This document shows positions 61,242-64,000 of a stretch of 64,000 nucleotides of DNA, one piece after another; within the stretch, counting starts at the first letter, position 1, and every line of letters starts with the position of its first letter. Origin of the DNA: Scyliorhinus canicula (Eukaryota). The translations under genes and the position numbers were made by a program. Location of the stretch: positions 126,731,256-126,795,255 of the forward strand of contig NC_052149.1 in NCBI RefSeq assembly GCF_902713615.1, read 5' to 3'. Below the pieces are notes generated by a model. The model was not told the origin of the DNA and did no database searches. It saw only the letters and a program-made list of their open reading frames with translations.

Positions 61242-61504
61242 TGTGGTAATACCACTTTATATATATGTGTGTGCCTCTATTAGGGGATGTACAATAATAC
61301 CGGCTATTACAGGTTTGTCGGTAAGCGACTGCATAGTTTGTCGGTAAGCCGCTGCCGTCTAGCTCCGCCCACAGGAGCAGGATAAATATCCATGAGGTCT
61401 CCTGAGCTGCCATTTTTTAGCTCCACTTGAGGTAATAACATCTCACGGTAATAAAGCCTCTTTTGTACCGTTTCGTGTTTCTGTGTGCAATTGTTAGCCT
61501 AACA
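61242..61504 (+). mobile_element. Solo LTR in the satellite, copy 3
   Basis: Same sequence with a few substitutions; same TSD GAAGT. Confidence 0.85.
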
Positions 61505-64000
61505 GAAGTGTGATGTACTTGTATACACAGACACGATTGTGAAGTGTGATGTACCTGTGTACACAGATTGGATTGTGAAGTGTGATGTACCTCTGTACAA
61601 AGACTGGATTGTGAAGTGTGATGTACCTGTGCGCACAGACTGGATTGTGAATTGTGATGTACCTGTGTACACAGATTGGATTGTGAAGTGTGATGTAACT
61701 GTGTACACAGACTGGATTGTGAAGTGTGATGTACCTGTGTACACAGACTGCATTGTGAAGTGATGTACCTCTGTGCACAGACTGGATTGTGAAGTGTGAT
61801 GTACCTGTGTACACAGACTGCATTGTCAAGTGTGATGTATCTGTGCACACAGACTGGATTGTGAAGTGTGATGTACCTGTGTACACAGATTGGATTGTCA
61901 CGTGTTAATGAACCTTTGTACACAGACTGGATTGTGAAATGTGATGTACCTGTATACACAGACTGGATTGTGAAGTGTGATGTACCTGTGTACACAGATT
62001 GGATTGTCACGTGTTAATGAACCTTTGTACACAGACTGGATTGTGAAATGTGATGTACCTGTATACACAGACTGGATTGTGAAGTGTGATGTACCTGTGT
62101 ACACAGACTGGATTGTGAAGTGTGATGTACCTGTGTACACAGACTGGATTGTGAAGTGTGATGTACCTGTGTACACAGACTGGATTGTGAAGTGTGATGT
62201 ACCTGTGTACACAGACTGGATTGTGAAGTGTGATGTACCTGTGTACACAGACTGGATGTGAAGTGTGATGTACCTGTGTACACGACTGGATTGTGAAGTG
62301 TGATGTACCTGTGTACACAGACTGGATTGTGAAGTGTGATGTACCTGTGTACACAGACTGGATTGTGAAGTGTGATGTACCTGTGTACACAGACTGGATT
62401 GTGAAGTGTGATGTACCTGTGTACACAGGAAGGATTGTGAAGTGTGATTACTGTGTACACAGACTGGATTGTGAAGTGTGATGTACGCTGTGTACACAGA
62501 CTGGATTGTGAAGTGTGATGTACCTGTGTACACAGACTGGATTGTGAAGTGTGATGTACCTGTGTACACAGACTGGATTGTGGCATGTGATGTACCTGTG
62601 TACACACACTGGATTGTGAAGTGTGATGTACCTGTGTACACAGATTGGATTGTCACGTGTTAATGAACCTTTGTACACAGACTGGATTGTGAAATGTGAT
62701 GTACCTTTATACACAGACTGGACTGTGAAGTGTGACGTACCTGTATACACAGACTGGATTGTGAAGTGTGATGTACCTGTGTACACTGACTAGATTGTGA
62801 AGTGTGATGTACATGTGCACCGAGACTGGATTGTGAAGTGTGATGTCTCTGTGTACACAGACTGGATTGTGAAGTTTGATGTACCTGTGCGCACAGACTG
62901 GATTGTGAATTGTGATGTCTCTGTGTACAGTAATTGGTCGTGAAGTGTGATGTACCTGTGTACAGGGACAGGATCATGATGTGTGATGTATCTGCATACA
63001 CAGATTGGATTGCGAATTGTGATATAGTTGTGCACACAGACTGGTTTTGTAGTATCATGCATCTGTGCACAGAGAATGGATTGTGAAATGTGCTGTGCAG
63101 GTGTACACATACTGGATTGTGGCATGTGATGTACCTGTGTACACACACTGGTTGGTGAAGTGAGATGTACCTGTGTACACAGACTATGTTGTCAAATGTG
63201 ATATAACTGTTTACACAGACCGGATTCTGTGGCTTGAAGTGTCTGCCTTCACAATCCTGTCTTTGTACACAGTGACATCACACTTCACAATCCAGTCTGT
63301 GTACACAGGTACTCAACACTTCACAATCCAGTCTTTGTACACAGGTACATCACACTTCACAACTCAGTCTGTGTACACATACTGGATTGTGAAGTGTGAT
63401 GTACCTGTGTACACAGACTAGATTGTGAAGTGTGATGTACCTGTGTACACATACTGGTTTATGAAGTGTGATGTACCTGTGTACACAGACTGGATTGTGA
63501 AGTGTGATGTACCTGTGCACACAAAATGTATTGTGAAGTGTGATGTACCTGTGCACACAGACTGGATTGTGAAGTGTGATGTACCTGTGCACACAGACTG
63601 GATTGTGAAGTGTGATGTCTGTGTACACAAACTGGATTGTGAAGTGTGATGTACCTGTGTACAGAGGCTGGATTGTGAAGTGTGATGTACCTGTGTACAC
63701 AGACTGGATTGTGAAGTGTGATGTACCTGTGTACACAGGCTGGATTGTGAAGTGTGATGTACCTGTGTACACAGACTGGATTGTGAAGTGTGATGTACCT
63801 GTGTACACAGACTGGATTGTGAAGTGTGATGTACCTGTGTACACTTGCTGGATTGTGAAATGAGATATACCTGTGCACACAGACTGGATTGTGAAGTGTG
63901 ATGTACATACGTACACAGACTGGATTGTGAAGTTTGATGTACATGTGTACACAGACTGGATTGTGAAGTGTGATGTACCTGTGTACACAGACTGGATTGT

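Larger units (their letters stand above)
54444..64000 (-). repeat. 36-bp satellite array B (inverted relative to array A), with higher-order repeats, two short inversions and embedded elements
   Basis: Unit CACAGACTGGATTGTGAAGTGTGATGTACCTGTGTA. Variant blocks recur at 55562/60380/63182 and LTR copies at 57161/58616/61242. Confidence 0.97.

Noticed and set aside
57030-61413. ORFs starting MAAQETSWIFILLLWAELDG (signal-peptide-like, up to 483 aa)
   Set aside because: The start lies antisense inside a solo LTR with TG...CA ends and a TSD. The rest is stop-free satellite reading frame, and no splice or Ig-domain structure follows.
32530-64000. Many long 12-aa and 18-aa periodic ORFs
   Set aside because: They are open in several frames on both strands only because the unit length is a multiple of three and lacks stops.

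Overview
Repeat-dominated cartilaginous-fish DNA, probably a catshark (Scyliorhinus-like; inferred from HE1 SINEs, a Deu-domain SINE head and CR1/L1/Harbinger content). The only host gene I can support is one complete, unrearranged, apparently intact immunoglobulin light-chain cluster of kappa (shark type III/NS4-like) class on the minus strand: leader 18164-18116, V 17929-17629 with a 12-RSS, 23-RSS and J 17215-17181, and C 12210-11882. The rest is layered mobile DNA: Harbinger transposase and Myb-gene remnants plus MITEs, two full-length L1 copies with target-site duplications (TSDs), CR1 and L2 pieces, several solo LTRs, and SINEs. There is also a triple 2.7-3.0 kb tandem duplication carrying a 54-bp hairpin minisatellite, and a 36-bp palindrome-containing satellite in two oppositely oriented arrays with higher-order structure. 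The best leads are: a 48-bp satellite born in-frame from a Harbinger transposase motif; two L1 insertions into Harbinger elements sharing a bipartite target motif; an array of nuclear-receptor DR3 elements about 1 kb upstream of the V promoter; a LINE with a SINE-type 5' head; one SINE body with three different 3' tails; and spacerless fold-back palindromes in the satellite. All coordinates were read by eye and no searches were run.
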